DNA from: a virus
IMG/VR virus record: IMGVR_UViG_3300035034_000851
Location: 24,951-88,950 of that record
Direction: 5' to 3' (one strand)
Length of the DNA stretch: 64,000 bases
The notes under the pieces: generated by a model
What the model saw: only the letters and a program-made list of their open reading frames with translations
Told to the model about the DNA's origin: nothing
The model's database searches: none
In this document: one piece after another, positions 9,635 through 20,300 of the stretch
Position numbering within the stretch: position 1 is the first letter of the stretch
Layout of the letters: the number at the start of each line of letters is the position of its first letter
Made by a program: the position numbers and the translations under genes

Positions 9635-12169
9635 TTAACATTTACTTGATAAACATTCTAAACATTTTTGACAACCTTCTTCAAATATTAAAGCTTCAGA
9701 GCCACAATTTGAACAAGATGCTCCATTTACTTTAGCACCATTCTCAGTATATTTTTTTAATATTCTACTAATAGCTTTACTAAAACCAGTTAAATCTTTT
9801 GAATTTCTATCTAATATTGTTTGAATAAACTTTGAAGACATACCATGTCTAAGAGCACCTGATATTAATCTAGATATAACTTCTTCTTCTTCAGAATTAA
9901 GTTCTACAGATGTAAATATACCATTGTCTCCAACAAAATTGTATTCTCCTCTTTTTATTTTCTTTATTTGTATTTTACTATCTTTAATATTTAAATTAGG
10001 AGAGCAAAATATTTCGTAAGGTTTATCTTTATATAAACCAATTATGACTGTATAAGGAACTCCTTTTACAGTAGTTTTATAAACTTCTCCTTTTAATATT
10101 TTAGGTCTTTTAGAAGCATCATGAATATCAAAATTATCTTCAGTTTCTTTATTTATGTACTCTAAAACTCCATTTTTAGAAGTATCTCTATATATTGTTA
10201 CACCTTTTAATTTAGTTTGATACGCAAGTAAATAAATATCTTTTATTTCTTCTTTAGTAGTATTTTTATGTAAATTTAAAGTTGATGATATAGAGTGTGT
10301 TGTATATTTTTGTATAATAGACTGTACAGTAATTCTGTCAGTATACGGAATATTATTTGCACAAGAATTAAACCAAGGAGAAGCTTTAAATATTTCTTCT
10401 ATATCTTGAGAAGAATTTATATCTAATTGATCATTAAATTTTTTACCTATATTTATTAGAGCCCATTCTTTTAATTGAGGGTGTATAACAGGATAATTAA
10501 CCCATTTAACACCATGTTCATCTATACTATCAAATTTAAGAGATTTATCATCTGGATTAATCTTTCTTTTTCTATTATAATAAGGTGAAAATAAAGGCTC
10601 TACTCCTGAAGTTATTTGTGCCATTAAAGAAATAGTACCTGTAGGTGCTACTGTACTCCAAGACACATTTCTTCTACCATATTTACACATTTGATAAACT
10701 AATCTAGGATATTGCTCTAAAAGATTTTGATAAAAAGAATTTAAACCTTCTACTGGTTCACCATTTTTATCAAATTTATATTCTAAATTTTTATCCCAAC
10801 CAACAAAAGGTCCTTTAATTTTAGCTAGTTCTATAGTAGCTTCTAATTCTCCTTGTAATTTTTGAGAAAAAACTTCATCAATTATTGAAAAAGATTCTTT
10901 ACTTCCATAAGTTACTCCAACAGCAGCTAACATATCTCCTAATCCTGTGATACCACTTCCAGTTCTTCTACCAGATTTAGTTACATTAAGTATATTTTTC
11001 CATAAATTTAATTCAGTAGCTTTAACTTCATCAGATTCTGGATCATTTTTTATTTTATTGAGTATTTTTTCAATAGATTTTATTTCTAAATCTACAATAG
11101 TATCATTTATTATTTGTACTCTTCTAGAAATATAATGTATTTTGTCATAATCAATGTATGCACGATCTGTATAAGGATTTGTTACTGCTTTTAATAAATT
11201 TTGAGCTATTAATCTGCAAGCATCATAAGCTTGCATAAAAATTTCACCACAAGGATTTGTAGTTACTCCTTTATATTGAGGATAAACACTATCTGGAGAA
11301 TAATCATGATGTATATCTTCAAATAATTGTCCAGGATCTGCACATGTCCAAGCTGATTCAGCTACAGCATCATATATTTCATTAGCTTTTACTTTTTTAG
11401 TAAAAACACCATTTTCATGCTTTACAATTTCATTGTATTTAGCTTCATTAGCTTTTAAACCTTCAATAGATGCATCAAAAGGAAATCTTAAAATATGATC
11501 ACCTCCATTTAAAACTGCATCCATAAATTCATTAGAAAATTTTACAGATATATTAGCTCCAGACACAGAAACATTGTCTATTTTTTTATTTATAAACTCT
11601 AAAACATCAAGATGATTACAATGAATTGATAACATCAATGCACCTCTTCTACCTTTTTGAGCTACTTCATTTGTAGAATTAGAAAATCTATTCATAAAAC
11701 TTGTAGCTCCTGTTGAACTTTTAGCTGAATTACTAGTTAAAGATCCATCGAATCTTAGAGTTGATATATCTAAACCAACTCCACCTCTTCTTTTCATCAA
11801 TTGAACTAATTGTTCATCTTTTTGCATAATACCTCCATAAGAATCTTCTGGTTGTCCTATTACAAAACAATTTGATAAAGATCCTATTTTGTCAGTACCT
11901 AAATTAGATAAAATAGAACCTTGAGGTAATATTTTTAAACTATTAAAATACCCAAATAATTCATCAAACCAATCTCTTCTAGTAAAAACTCTACTTTTTC
12001 TAGCATCTGGAGCTAACATTATCATACTTTCTATGTATTCTGGAAGTATAGCATCTGTTATTCTTGTAAACATATCTTCTAATGAATCTTCACCTTTGTC
12101 TAAATACTTACTTCTAATAGCGTCTGCAGCTAAAGTGTCTCCATTAAATCTTTTTAATAATTTATCCAT
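9635..12169 (-). CDS. nrdJ: Class II (adenosylcobalamin-dependent) ribonucleotide reductase
   Basis: SLSNCF, TNPCGE and APTGTIS motifs, C-terminal Zn-ribbon cysteines; no small subunit gene nearby. Confidence 0.92.
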   Translation of the reverse strand: MDKLLKRFNGDTLAADAIRSKYLDKGEDSLEDMFTRITDAILPEYIESMIMLAPDARKSRVFTRRDWFDELFGYFNSLKILPQGSILSNLGTDKIGSLSNCFVIGQPEDSYGGIMQKDEQLVQLMKRRGGVGLDISTLRFDGSLTSNSAKSSTGATSFMNRFSNSTNEVAQKGRRGALMLSIHCNHLDVLEFINKKIDNVSVSGANISVKFSNEFMDAVLNGGDHILRFPFDASIEGLKANEAKYNEIVKHENGVFTKKVKANEIYDAVAESAWTCADPGQLFEDIHHDYSPDSVYPQYKGVTTNPCGEIFMQAYDACRLIAQNLLKAVTNPYTDRAYIDYDKIHYISRRVQIINDTIVDLEIKSIEKILNKIKNDPESDEVKATELNLWKNILNVTKSGRRTGSGITGLGDMLAAVGVTYGSKESFSIIDEVFSQKLQGELEATIELAKIKGPFVGWDKNLEYKFDKNGEPVEGLNSFYQNLLEQYPRLVYQMCKYGRRNVSWSTVAPTGTISLMAQITSGVEPLFSPYYNRKRKINPDDKSLKFDSIDEHGVKWVNYPVIHPQLKEWALINIGKKFNDQLDINSSQDIEEIFKASPWFNSCANNIPYTDRITVQSIIQKYTTHSISSTLNLHKNTTKEEIKDIYLLAYQTKLKGVTIYRDTSKNGVLEYINKETEDNFDIHDASKRPKILKGEVYKTTVKGVPYTVIIGLYKDKPYEIFCSPNLNIKDSKIQIKKIKRGEYNFVGDNGIFTSVELNSEEEEVISRLISGALRHGMSSKFIQTILDRNSKDLTGFSKAISRILKKYTENGAKVNGASCSNCGSEALIFEEGCQKCLECLSSKC

Positions 12170-12279
12170 ATGTATATTCTGTTATTTTTTTTACTTTTTC
12201 GCCTAATACTGAATAATTAGGATTATTTTTTACTAAATATTTAATTATTGAGCTAAACCTTGATTTAGCTCTATTTTTA

Positions 12280-12909
12280 TTACTCTCTGTCATTATCGTT
12301 ATAAAATCTTAATGTTTCTTTTTCAAAATCAATCTTACTTAGTAATTCTTTGTTTTTATATTCGTTTATAAAATCTAATTTATACTTTTCACCCATAGTT
12401 TTTTTAGCAAACATATTTTTTTCAACTATTCCAATTGTTAATTTGTTTACATATAACTCTTTTAATTTATCACTTATTTTACTATATTGACTATCTACAA
12501 AATTTCTATAGTCTTGTTTATATTCTTCACTAATTTTAAATACATGTACAATTAAATTACCTCCTCCGTCTAAATCATAATAATCTATCCAAGATTTGAT
12601 GTCTTTAAATACACCTTCTACTTCTAAAAAATTAAAATTATAATCTTTAGGTGCAAATAGCATATATAAATAATAATCTTTTTTATTGTACCATTTAAAA
12701 TCTTGTCCTTCAATACCAAAATCATCTATATATGAATTAATAAATCCATACTTTTTTAAAAAATCTAATTTTAAAGCTTTACCTGATGAACTATTTAATA
12801 ACACAGTAGGTGTTAAAAAATGTGTAGTACTGTTAGTAATCTTACTTATTCCAAGCTTTTTACATAAGTTGGACAATATCTCCTCCTTCGATGTGTTCTT
12901 TTGTGTCAT
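12280..12909 (-). CDS. Conserved crAss-like hypothetical protein
   Basis: 209-aa ORF downstream of the exonuclease. Confidence 0.55.
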   Translation of the reverse strand: MTQKNTSKEEILSNLCKKLGISKITNSTTHFLTPTVLLNSSSGKALKLDFLKKYGFINSYIDDFGIEGQDFKWYNKKDYYLYMLFAPKDYNFNFLEVEGVFKDIKSWIDYYDLDGGGNLIVHVFKISEEYKQDYRNFVDSQYSKISDKLKELYVNKLTIGIVEKNMFAKKTMGEKYKLDFINEYKNKELLSKIDFEKETLRFYNDNDRE

Positions 12910-13825
12910 TCCATATTTCGTTTTTACTATAAAATTTTAATAATTCTAAAGCTTCTTTCCATCCTTTATAATTTTCATCTCCATTTTCTCCTACATCTAA
13001 TATTCTTCCGCTACATTCAAAAATTCTAGGTCTATCATTAAATGCTGTACTTACAACTATAAATCTAAAAGGTAATATAACATAATCAGGATATTTAAAT
13101 CTTAAAGCTTCTGAATAAAAAGAAGCTTGAAAATCATATCTAAATTTCCATAATGAATTTTTAAAAGAAGATACAGAAAATCCTGTAGTTTTTAAATCCC
13201 AAGGTTGAATTATTTTATTTTTTTTATCTATAGTAATAACATCTAATAAACTTTTTAGATTTATACCATCTTTATCCCAATATATTTCTTCTTGAAATAC
13301 ATTAGTTTTATGTTTAGGTAAATTAAATAATAATTTATTAATTATAGGATCTTCATTTAATTTGTTAGTTAATTCACAAGCTTTTTGATAATCTTTATTA
13401 GATACAATAATTTTACCTTCTGAATTTTTTAAAAAATGGAAATAATGACTAAAACTGTGAATGTATTTTAATTTAACAATGTCACTTTGTTTTGCTCTAT
13501 ATTTCATTTTTTTACAAATGTTTAAAATCTCTATATCAAAATCTAAAACAGGTACAGTTTTATAACTAATGTATATTTCATCCCAAATACTTTTAACAGT
13601 ATCTGAAGGATTTTCCTTATCATTAATAAAATAAGTTGAATCAAAGTCTTCTGGAGTCAGAAGTAGACAATCTACCAATGACCCCATATTTAGACTTTTA
13701 GTTGACTTATTATCTCTATTTTTGTATAATAAAGGGTGAACTAATATTTGTTTTAAATTACTTTGAGATTCTGCGGGAAATTCTCTATAATTACTCATAT
13801 TGAAATTCAATAGGTAAAGAAACAT
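12860..13825 (-). CDS. PD-(D/E)XK exonuclease (RecE/ExoVIII C-terminal, DUF3799-like)
   Basis: GSLVDCLL, KSLLD...DLKTT and YDFQASFY motifs. Confidence 0.85.
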   Translation of the reverse strand: MFLYLLNFNMSNYREFPAESQSNLKQILVHPLLYKNRDNKSTKSLNMGSLVDCLLLTPEDFDSTYFINDKENPSDTVKSIWDEIYISYKTVPVLDFDIEILNICKKMKYRAKQSDIVKLKYIHSFSHYFHFLKNSEGKIIVSNKDYQKACELTNKLNEDPIINKLLFNLPKHKTNVFQEEIYWDKDGINLKSLLDVITIDKKNKIIQPWDLKTTGFSVSSFKNSLWKFRYDFQASFYSEALRFKYPDYVILPFRFIVVSTAFNDRPRIFECSGRILDVGENGDENYKGWKEALELLKFYSKNEIWNDTKEHIEGGDIVQLM

Positions 13826-15395
13826 TTTCCCTGTCTCTGTTTATTTCAGCATACATATTTTCATATCTATCATTATTAAACACTGTTCTTCTATAATTTA
13901 TATATGAAGATAACTTATCATATATTTCAGTATTTACATCTTTTATTGGAGAAATAACATCTAATAAAGTTATCTTTTCTCTTTGTTTAAGAATCTTATC
14001 TTGATTATTTTCAGCATAAGTTAAAAGACTAGAACATATTAACATCCAATGAACCATTACTGAATAATGAATTGTAGATTGATGTAATCTAAATTCTACT
14101 GTTTTAGAGTTACTAAACATTAATGGTAATAAGTTTACGTGATAGTATCTAGAATTAAAATTCCATTTTCTAGCACCTTCTTTAGGATGTTTACGAGTTT
14201 CAAAGTTATAAGTATCATCTTCTGGAGTTCCATCTGCTAAAAATTGAAAAACTTTTTTAAATTCTTCATTTATAACAGTATTTTTGTCTGCGTTTTCTTT
14301 AAACATTCTATTAGTGTTTAAAGCTAATCCAGATAAAGGTTGACAATGATCTTTAACACGACCATTTTGTCCTCTTTTATTTGCAAAATATTGTACATCT
14401 CTTTTATAAGGAGGCACTATTTCAAACATTTCATTTTGAAGTCTGTAACAAAGAGTATATAAAGATAAAATTGATTTTTTAGTACAAGGATATTTACCAA
14501 AGTGAATATGTAAAGAACATTGTTCATCAGTTTCACATCTTTTATTCATCTCAGAAAAAACAGATCTTAGAGTAGCAACACCTTTTATACCTTCTAAAGG
14601 TACAGTGGTGTATTCTACTCCTCCTATAGATCCATCTCTTAAAGGTACTAAACCATTTTTATGCAAAATAGGTTCTGGTACATGACCTAAAGAAGTTTCT
14701 ATTTCTAAACCAAAAGATTTGTTACCTATGATTTTTAATAAATCTTTATCAAGTTTATTACCTTCGTGTTTTGCAATTTTATATCCTTTTTTTATAGAAT
14801 TACCTAAAGCATTATTATCTGCTATATTGTAAGGTAATAAATCAAAATCATATCTAGCTCTTCCTTTTTTGGACATTGATTTTATTTCATAAGGTGATAA
14901 AGAACTTTTACAGTAATAATTACCATCTGATAAAGATTCTATAAAACCAAGTTCTAAACATAAAGCAACTGAAACACAATACAGTGGATTTTTATCACTG
15001 TCATCTAAAAATGTATTAGAAATTATTTTCTTCATAACAAATTTCTTTCTGTGCTCTTTTTCTCCTCGTTTATTTATAAAAACAGATTGACCGTAAGATA
15101 ATTTTACAGTTTTTTCTGTAGGCTCATAATATCCTACAACAGCTATATTATTAACATCTGTATTTAATATACCAAAAACTAATCCTCTCTTAGTTCTTTG
15201 CCATAATTTATTAGTATGATTATAATAGATTTTACCAGAATTAATTCTGTAATAGCTACCATTTGTCATTTTAAAACAAGATTCATCAATAATATAATGT
15301 TCTCCATTTATTAATCTTGTATTTTCTGCATTTGCGTCTATTAATTCCATTTTGGAATCAAAAGCTTTTATTGTTTCTAGTTTGTTATTTGGCAT
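13791..15395 (-). CDS. Putative amidoligase (glutamine-synthetase-like fold)
   Basis: FGLEIET, RDGS, EYTT, CSLHIH, RYYHVN and TVEFR motifs. Confidence 0.85.
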   Translation of the reverse strand: MPNNKLETIKAFDSKMELIDANAENTRLINGEHYIIDESCFKMTNGSYYRINSGKIYYNHTNKLWQRTKRGLVFGILNTDVNNIAVVGYYEPTEKTVKLSYGQSVFINKRGEKEHRKKFVMKKIISNTFLDDSDKNPLYCVSVALCLELGFIESLSDGNYYCKSSLSPYEIKSMSKKGRARYDFDLLPYNIADNNALGNSIKKGYKIAKHEGNKLDKDLLKIIGNKSFGLEIETSLGHVPEPILHKNGLVPLRDGSIGGVEYTTVPLEGIKGVATLRSVFSEMNKRCETDEQCSLHIHFGKYPCTKKSILSLYTLCYRLQNEMFEIVPPYKRDVQYFANKRGQNGRVKDHCQPLSGLALNTNRMFKENADKNTVINEEFKKVFQFLADGTPEDDTYNFETRKHPKEGARKWNFNSRYYHVNLLPLMFSNSKTVEFRLHQSTIHYSVMVHWMLICSSLLTYAENNQDKILKQREKITLLDVISPIKDVNTEIYDKLSSYINYRRTVFNNDRYENMYAEINRDRENVSLPIEFQYE

Positions 15396-17148
15396 TTGTA
15401 GTTGTTAATTTGTAAAATTCTTCCAATTCTATTAAAAATTCTAAATCTTCGTTATCCATGCTAACTATGTTTTTTGAATACATATTAAACACAAATTCAA
15501 ATATTACTTTGTATATAAATTTTACATCTTCATCTTCTTTTAAATTCATAAAATTACGCAATAAAAGTAAAGCATCTTCAAAATAATCACTTATTTTGTC
15601 TTCAAACTCTTCTAAATCTTTCATTACATCAAAATTATTACCTTTATCAAAAGAATCTAAGATATTAGGTTGATTTCTTTTTTCTAATTCTTCTCTTTTA
15701 TTTAATAATTCTTTTAATACTCCATTTTTTACAACATAAATAAAAGGACTAAAATCATTATAATACTCAAAATCATGTCCACTATCTTTTTCAAAATATA
15801 CATTATTTATAGCACTAAAATTCTTTTTATTATTTCCTTTTAATTTATTTAAAGTTAAAACAGGATGAGTTGGTGAAAATTCACTTATTTGGTAACCTAA
15901 ACAAGTATTTCCAGCTTTTTTTAATACTTTACATCTAGCTTTAGCTTTTATAAAATCTTCAAAATTTTTAAAAGCAACTCCATTTACAAACCATAATTTA
16001 ACAGCATTGAATCTTTTATTTCCATCTACTTTATTCCAAGCATTTTCCATATCTTCTTCTGTGTTAATATTACTATGTAAATCTTTTCTAGTTACTTTAC
16101 TTAAAACAAAACCTCCTTGTAATAATACTCCATTTCTAAAAAATCTAAATTTTTGAAAATATATAGTACTTCCATTGTAAAATTTATCTTTACTTTCTGT
16201 TACAAATAAATTTATATTAACAGATTTATTACTTTTATTCTTTCTATTAGAATATTCTAATCTATCTTGATAATTAGTAACTGAGGTACTACGGCTAGAG
16301 TTATGAGAAACAGGACAAGGGGCTGAAGGATTTAAATCTGCAGTTCTAGATATTATTTGACTACTTTCTATATGTCCTCCTACAAAAGAAATAAGTTCAT
16401 TGTTTTTGAAACTTATAACTTCATCTTCTTCTGCACCTATCATTTGTAAAGATTTAGCTATTGAAGATATGTAAACTCCTGTAATTTTACCTCTACTGTT
16501 AAGTTTTTGGTAATAATACAAAGGTCTTTCTTCATAACCACCACCTCCGCCTTTGAAAGCGTATAAATGGTTGGACTTTGTAACATCTTTAAATAATAAA
16601 GCTGCACCTCCTTCATACTCACTTAAAACTTTAAAAGTTTTGTCTTTATATAAACAAGCAAGTAATCCATGTGAATCTACATCAATATTAATAATACTAA
16701 TGTTTCTGTCTTTACATAATTGTATCCAATTTCTTAAAGTACCATTATGAGCACCTACAAAACCAGCTTCACCTTCTTGATTTTTTAATAGAAAAGGATG
16801 AGCATTTGCAGAAGTTTTTTGCCAACCTACACTTGATTTTCTTGCGTGCATTATACAAGTAAAATCTTCTTTACTTATAGTAGGAAAAGGTTTATCAACA
16901 AAAAAGTCTTTAAAATAAGAATTATTATAAACTCCATAAAATACTTCTTTATTTGAATAAATACCACAAGAATCTCCTCCTCTAGTATCATTCATAATTC
17001 CTAATATTTTTAAAGCATTTTTATCAGGTGTAACTTCTCCACAATAACCAATTAATCCACAATAAAGTGTATTAAAATTGATTTTATTATTTGCTATACC
17101 TATGGCATAACTTATTATTAATAGTAATAAATATATGAATATTATCAT
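15385..17148 (-). CDS. Class II (Ntn) glutamine amidotransferase with N-terminal hydrophobic leader
   Basis: CGLIG, RGGDSCG, HARKSS, NAHPF, HNGT and VDS motifs. Confidence 0.88.
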   Translation of the reverse strand: MIIFIYLLLLIISYAIGIANNKINFNTLYCGLIGYCGEVTPDKNALKILGIMNDTRGGDSCGIYSNKEVFYGVYNNSYFKDFFVDKPFPTISKEDFTCIMHARKSSVGWQKTSANAHPFLLKNQEGEAGFVGAHNGTLRNWIQLCKDRNISIINIDVDSHGLLACLYKDKTFKVLSEYEGGAALLFKDVTKSNHLYAFKGGGGGYEERPLYYYQKLNSRGKITGVYISSIAKSLQMIGAEEDEVISFKNNELISFVGGHIESSQIISRTADLNPSAPCPVSHNSSRSTSVTNYQDRLEYSNRKNKSNKSVNINLFVTESKDKFYNGSTIYFQKFRFFRNGVLLQGGFVLSKVTRKDLHSNINTEEDMENAWNKVDGNKRFNAVKLWFVNGVAFKNFEDFIKAKARCKVLKKAGNTCLGYQISEFSPTHPVLTLNKLKGNNKKNFSAINNVYFEKDSGHDFEYYNDFSPFIYVVKNGVLKELLNKREELEKRNQPNILDSFDKGNNFDVMKDLEEFEDKISDYFEDALLLLRNFMNLKEDEDVKFIYKVIFEFVFNMYSKNIVSMDNEDLEFLIELEEFYKLTTTNAK

Positions 17149-17969
17149 TTGTTTTCTTGTATTATTTTATTAAGTTCTTGAATATATTTTTCTGATGTAA
17201 TCTCACCAAATGAAGGTGCAGAATTAACTTCAATAATTCTCCAATCTCCTTCTTTATTAGTTCTAACATCAAATGCTCCTAAATCTAATCCAACAGCATC
17301 TAAAGCATTTACACAATCTTCTACAATTGCATCCCAAGTATCTGGTTTTTTAAATAAAGGGTTAGTTTCCAACATCCATGCACAATTTAAATTGTTAAAA
17401 AACCATCTTTCTTCTGCATCTTGTTTTCTTAATTTTCTATTTGTATAAAAACATCCATTTTTACTAACGTGTAATCTATACTCCCTAGCTCCATTAAAAT
17501 ATAATTCAAATAAATATCTAGATAAATCTTTACCATTTAACCAAGTATTGAATTCTTCTATGTTATCTATTTTTGTATTAGCATTACCTCTTGATCCAAA
17601 ACGTCCTTTAGCTATGATAGGAAAAAACATATCATTTAATGTTTTTTTATCATCATTTAATACTCCATTTTTTAAAAAAGTTTTAGAAGTTAAATCAAAT
17701 CTATACCAAAAACAATGAGATACTTTAGCTAAATCAAAGCATTTCTTCATTTTAAGCTTATCAGAGCTATTCTTAATACCATCTACTGAATTTATTTCTA
17801 AATTATAAGGTCTAATGCCATTTAATTGAGTTATACTTCCTAAACGTAATAGAATCCTTTTACCAAATGTTCTTAATAATGGATTTCTTCTTAATATACC
17901 ATGAGAAGGATGTCTTGTCCTAACATGTAATAAGGTTTTTTTCTTTATTTTTTTATCTGTAGTCCGCAT
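17145..17969 (-). CDS. ATP-grasp ligase (RimK-like)
   Basis: PIIAKGRFGSRG, REYRLHV, GAFD and IIEVNSAP motifs. Confidence 0.88.
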   Translation of the reverse strand: MRTTDKKIKKKTLLHVRTRHPSHGILRRNPLLRTFGKRILLRLGSITQLNGIRPYNLEINSVDGIKNSSDKLKMKKCFDLAKVSHCFWYRFDLTSKTFLKNGVLNDDKKTLNDMFFPIIAKGRFGSRGNANTKIDNIEEFNTWLNGKDLSRYLFELYFNGAREYRLHVSKNGCFYTNRKLRKQDAEERWFFNNLNCAWMLETNPLFKKPDTWDAIVEDCVNALDAVGLDLGAFDVRTNKEGDWRIIEVNSAPSFGEITSEKYIQELNKIIQENK

Positions 17970-18324
17970 AATTTCCTGTTTTGATAATTTCTACTCCTTC
18001 ATCTTCATTAAAATATACAGAAGCTTCTATATCTTCTCCATCATCTAAAGTAATTTCTGTTGGAACTCTCTTATACCAAGAACCATCGTGATCTTGGGGA
18101 TTATAACTTTCTAATCTATCTACCATAGGCATTTGTGCTGGTGTAACTTCATACACTTCAACTCTAATAGGTGATAGTTCTATATTAGGATGTACAAACG
18201 GAATTCCATTTGCTGACATTTGATATTTATCTTTAGTCCAACCTAATCCTATTTTAACTGACTCTCCTAAAACTCCGTTATTATTATAACCTTCTCTTAA
18301 TGTTCCGTAAACTGCTACTTTCAT
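17953..18324 (-). CDS. Gamma-glutamylcyclotransferase (AIG2-like)
   Basis: VAVYGTLR, EVYEV, DRLE and Y.R motifs. Confidence 0.9.
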   Translation of the reverse strand: MKVAVYGTLREGYNNNGVLGESVKIGLGWTKDKYQMSANGIPFVHPNIELSPIRVEVYEVTPAQMPMVDRLESYNPQDHDGSWYKRVPTEITLDDGEDIEASVYFNEDEGVEIIKTGNYADYR

Positions 18325-18674
18325 ATTTTATTTTTCTTATTATATTTATTAATAAATTGTAACACTGATTTATAAGTGTTGTTAAGTTTGTCATCTCCTT
18401 TATGTTGAGCTTCAATTATTATTGTACTTTTATTAGAAATAGTAGTACAATCTGAACTAATAGTAATTTTGTAATTTAAGCTTTCTATTTTACCTAACAA
18501 TGGCATCAACCAATCCCAAGAAGTATTAAATTTTAATTTGTGTTCATTTCCTAAATTTACAAATCCATAACTAGTATGTCTTATAATACTAATAGGTAAT
18601 CTATAATACACATTATCTAATGTTTTTAAAAAAAATATAGCAATTAATTTATTATTTTGTTTAATTTTATCCAT
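18321..18674 (-). CDS. Conserved phage protein, paralogue of 3302..3694
   Basis: NNKLIA...SWDWLMP. Confidence 0.6.
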   Translation of the reverse strand: MDKIKQNNKLIAIFFLKTLDNVYYRLPISIIRHTSYGFVNLGNEHKLKFNTSWDWLMPLLGKIESLNYKITISSDCTTISNKSTIIIEAQHKGDDKLNNTYKSVLQFINKYNKKNKI

Positions 18675-19408
18675 TACACTTGTTCTTTTAATTCTATTGA
18701 TTGTAAAACTTGCTCTGCAGAAATTATTATTCCATCATAAAACTGTTCTATGCTTAATTCTACTTGGTCGTATGCCCAAGATATTAATTCGTCACTTGCT
18801 AACCAAAAATTAGACAAACTTCTATATTCAAATCCATAAGGTGTTATTCTAAAACAACCTGGAGTACCATAGTATTCTCTTCTTAATTCATCATCATCTA
18901 ATTCAAAAGATGGTACAGCTAAATTGTAATCAAATATTTTAATTACTCTTTCTAAATCATCTTCTGTCATTTTAGTTGGCATTCCAACGTGAATATGTCC
19001 TCCTGCAAATCTTGTATTAGTTTTTTTAGGATTCTTAATTACTAGATCATAAACATTAAAATATTCAGAACAACCAAATTCATAACCTCCTTCAAAATTC
19101 TTTAAATCTTCACTTGAAAATTCAGCAGAAGCTTGAAAAGAAAAATCTATGTTTTCTGGTACACTTCTTCTTATTAAATCTAATCCTTGATAAATGTTTG
19201 CAATAAAATCTTCTTTGCAATCTGAAGGAGGAATATTAAATTCAACCATTACATTATCTCTTAGTACTCCAAAGCCATTACCAAATTTCTTTGGATTATC
19301 CTTATTATGTTCTAAAAAGAATGCTGATGCTGGTACAAAATTGCCGTTGCTTGTGTTTTTAAGGAAAAATTCTGGATCTGTTCCTATAGTAAAATTGTGT
19401 TTTTTCAT
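18674..19408 (-). CDS. phiEco32-like COOH-NH2 ligase type 2
   Basis: GTDPEFF, DNVMVEFNIPP, FGC, RFAGGHIH, RR.YYG and EYRSLSNFW motifs. Confidence 0.9.
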   Translation of the reverse strand: MKKHNFTIGTDPEFFLKNTSNGNFVPASAFFLEHNKDNPKKFGNGFGVLRDNVMVEFNIPPSDCKEDFIANIYQGLDLIRRSVPENIDFSFQASAEFSSEDLKNFEGGYEFGCSEYFNVYDLVIKNPKKTNTRFAGGHIHVGMPTKMTEDDLERVIKIFDYNLAVPSFELDDDELRREYYGTPGCFRITPYGFEYRSLSNFWLASDELISWAYDQVELSIEQFYDGIIISAEQVLQSIELKEQV

Positions 19409-19409
19409 A

Positions 19410-20300
19410 TTATTTCTTGTAAGTTTTAATTATTAAATTTTTAATATCTTGATTAACTCTGTTTAATGGTAATGTTTTTAAAAAATTTTCAATTTCTTCA
19501 TTTGTAGCTATTTGTTGAGTTTCTTTTATAGTTAAAATTTGTTCGTCATAAGAACATCCTCCACAATTTTGTGGTGTGCAACTACGACAATATTTCTTTT
19601 TAAATGTTATTTCTGAATGATCTGCACTAAATATTCTATATGTAACCTTAAAACTTTTTACATTATCTATAGTAGAAAATTTAATGATATTTTCTGGTTT
19701 TACATCAAGTATTACATTAGGAGCAAAGTCCACAGATTCAAATAAATTTCTTCTAAACTTTTGATAAGGAGTATTTAATTTAGTTAAAAAAGCTTTATTT
19801 TTCTTTTTAACTGTACTTATATAATCTTTAAAATTAATATAATTTATAAAAGAAGTACTAAAAAGATCATAACCAGTTCTTCTAAAAAAAGAATTAGAAA
19901 TAAAAAGTTTATCCCACAAATTAATAGAATCATCTAATTTAAGAAATTCTTTATAATGACAACTTCCAATGCAATAAAAAGGTATTCTAAAAATAGCCCA
20001 AATTATGTTTATTAAACAAAATGGTATAATTTCTAAATCTATTTCAACTCTTAATTTATGTTTAACTTTAAGTTTATCATTAAAATATTCTACTCCTTCT
20101 GGAAATAATTCTTTAATAATGTCTTCATAAAATTTAAGATACTTTTCTTTAAAAGTATAAGCACTTGATGTTATAATTATTTTTTTTAAATTTGGATGAA
20201 TAAATTCTCTAGTTCTTCTTAATCCATCACAACACATATCATCATTTATTATTCTAATTAATGCATTATCCTTGTCGTATATTTCTGCTAATGTTTTCAT
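19410..20300 (-). CDS. Hypothetical protein with C-terminal CxxC-CxxC
   Basis: CRSC...CGGC near the C terminus. Confidence 0.55.
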   Translation of the reverse strand: MKTLAEIYDKDNALIRIINDDMCCDGLRRTREFIHPNLKKIIITSSAYTFKEKYLKFYEDIIKELFPEGVEYFNDKLKVKHKLRVEIDLEIIPFCLINIIWAIFRIPFYCIGSCHYKEFLKLDDSINLWDKLFISNSFFRRTGYDLFSTSFINYINFKDYISTVKKKNKAFLTKLNTPYQKFRRNLFESVDFAPNVILDVKPENIIKFSTIDNVKSFKVTYRIFSADHSEITFKKKYCRSCTPQNCGGCSYDEQILTIKETQQIATNEEIENFLKTLPLNRVNQDIKNLIIKTYKK

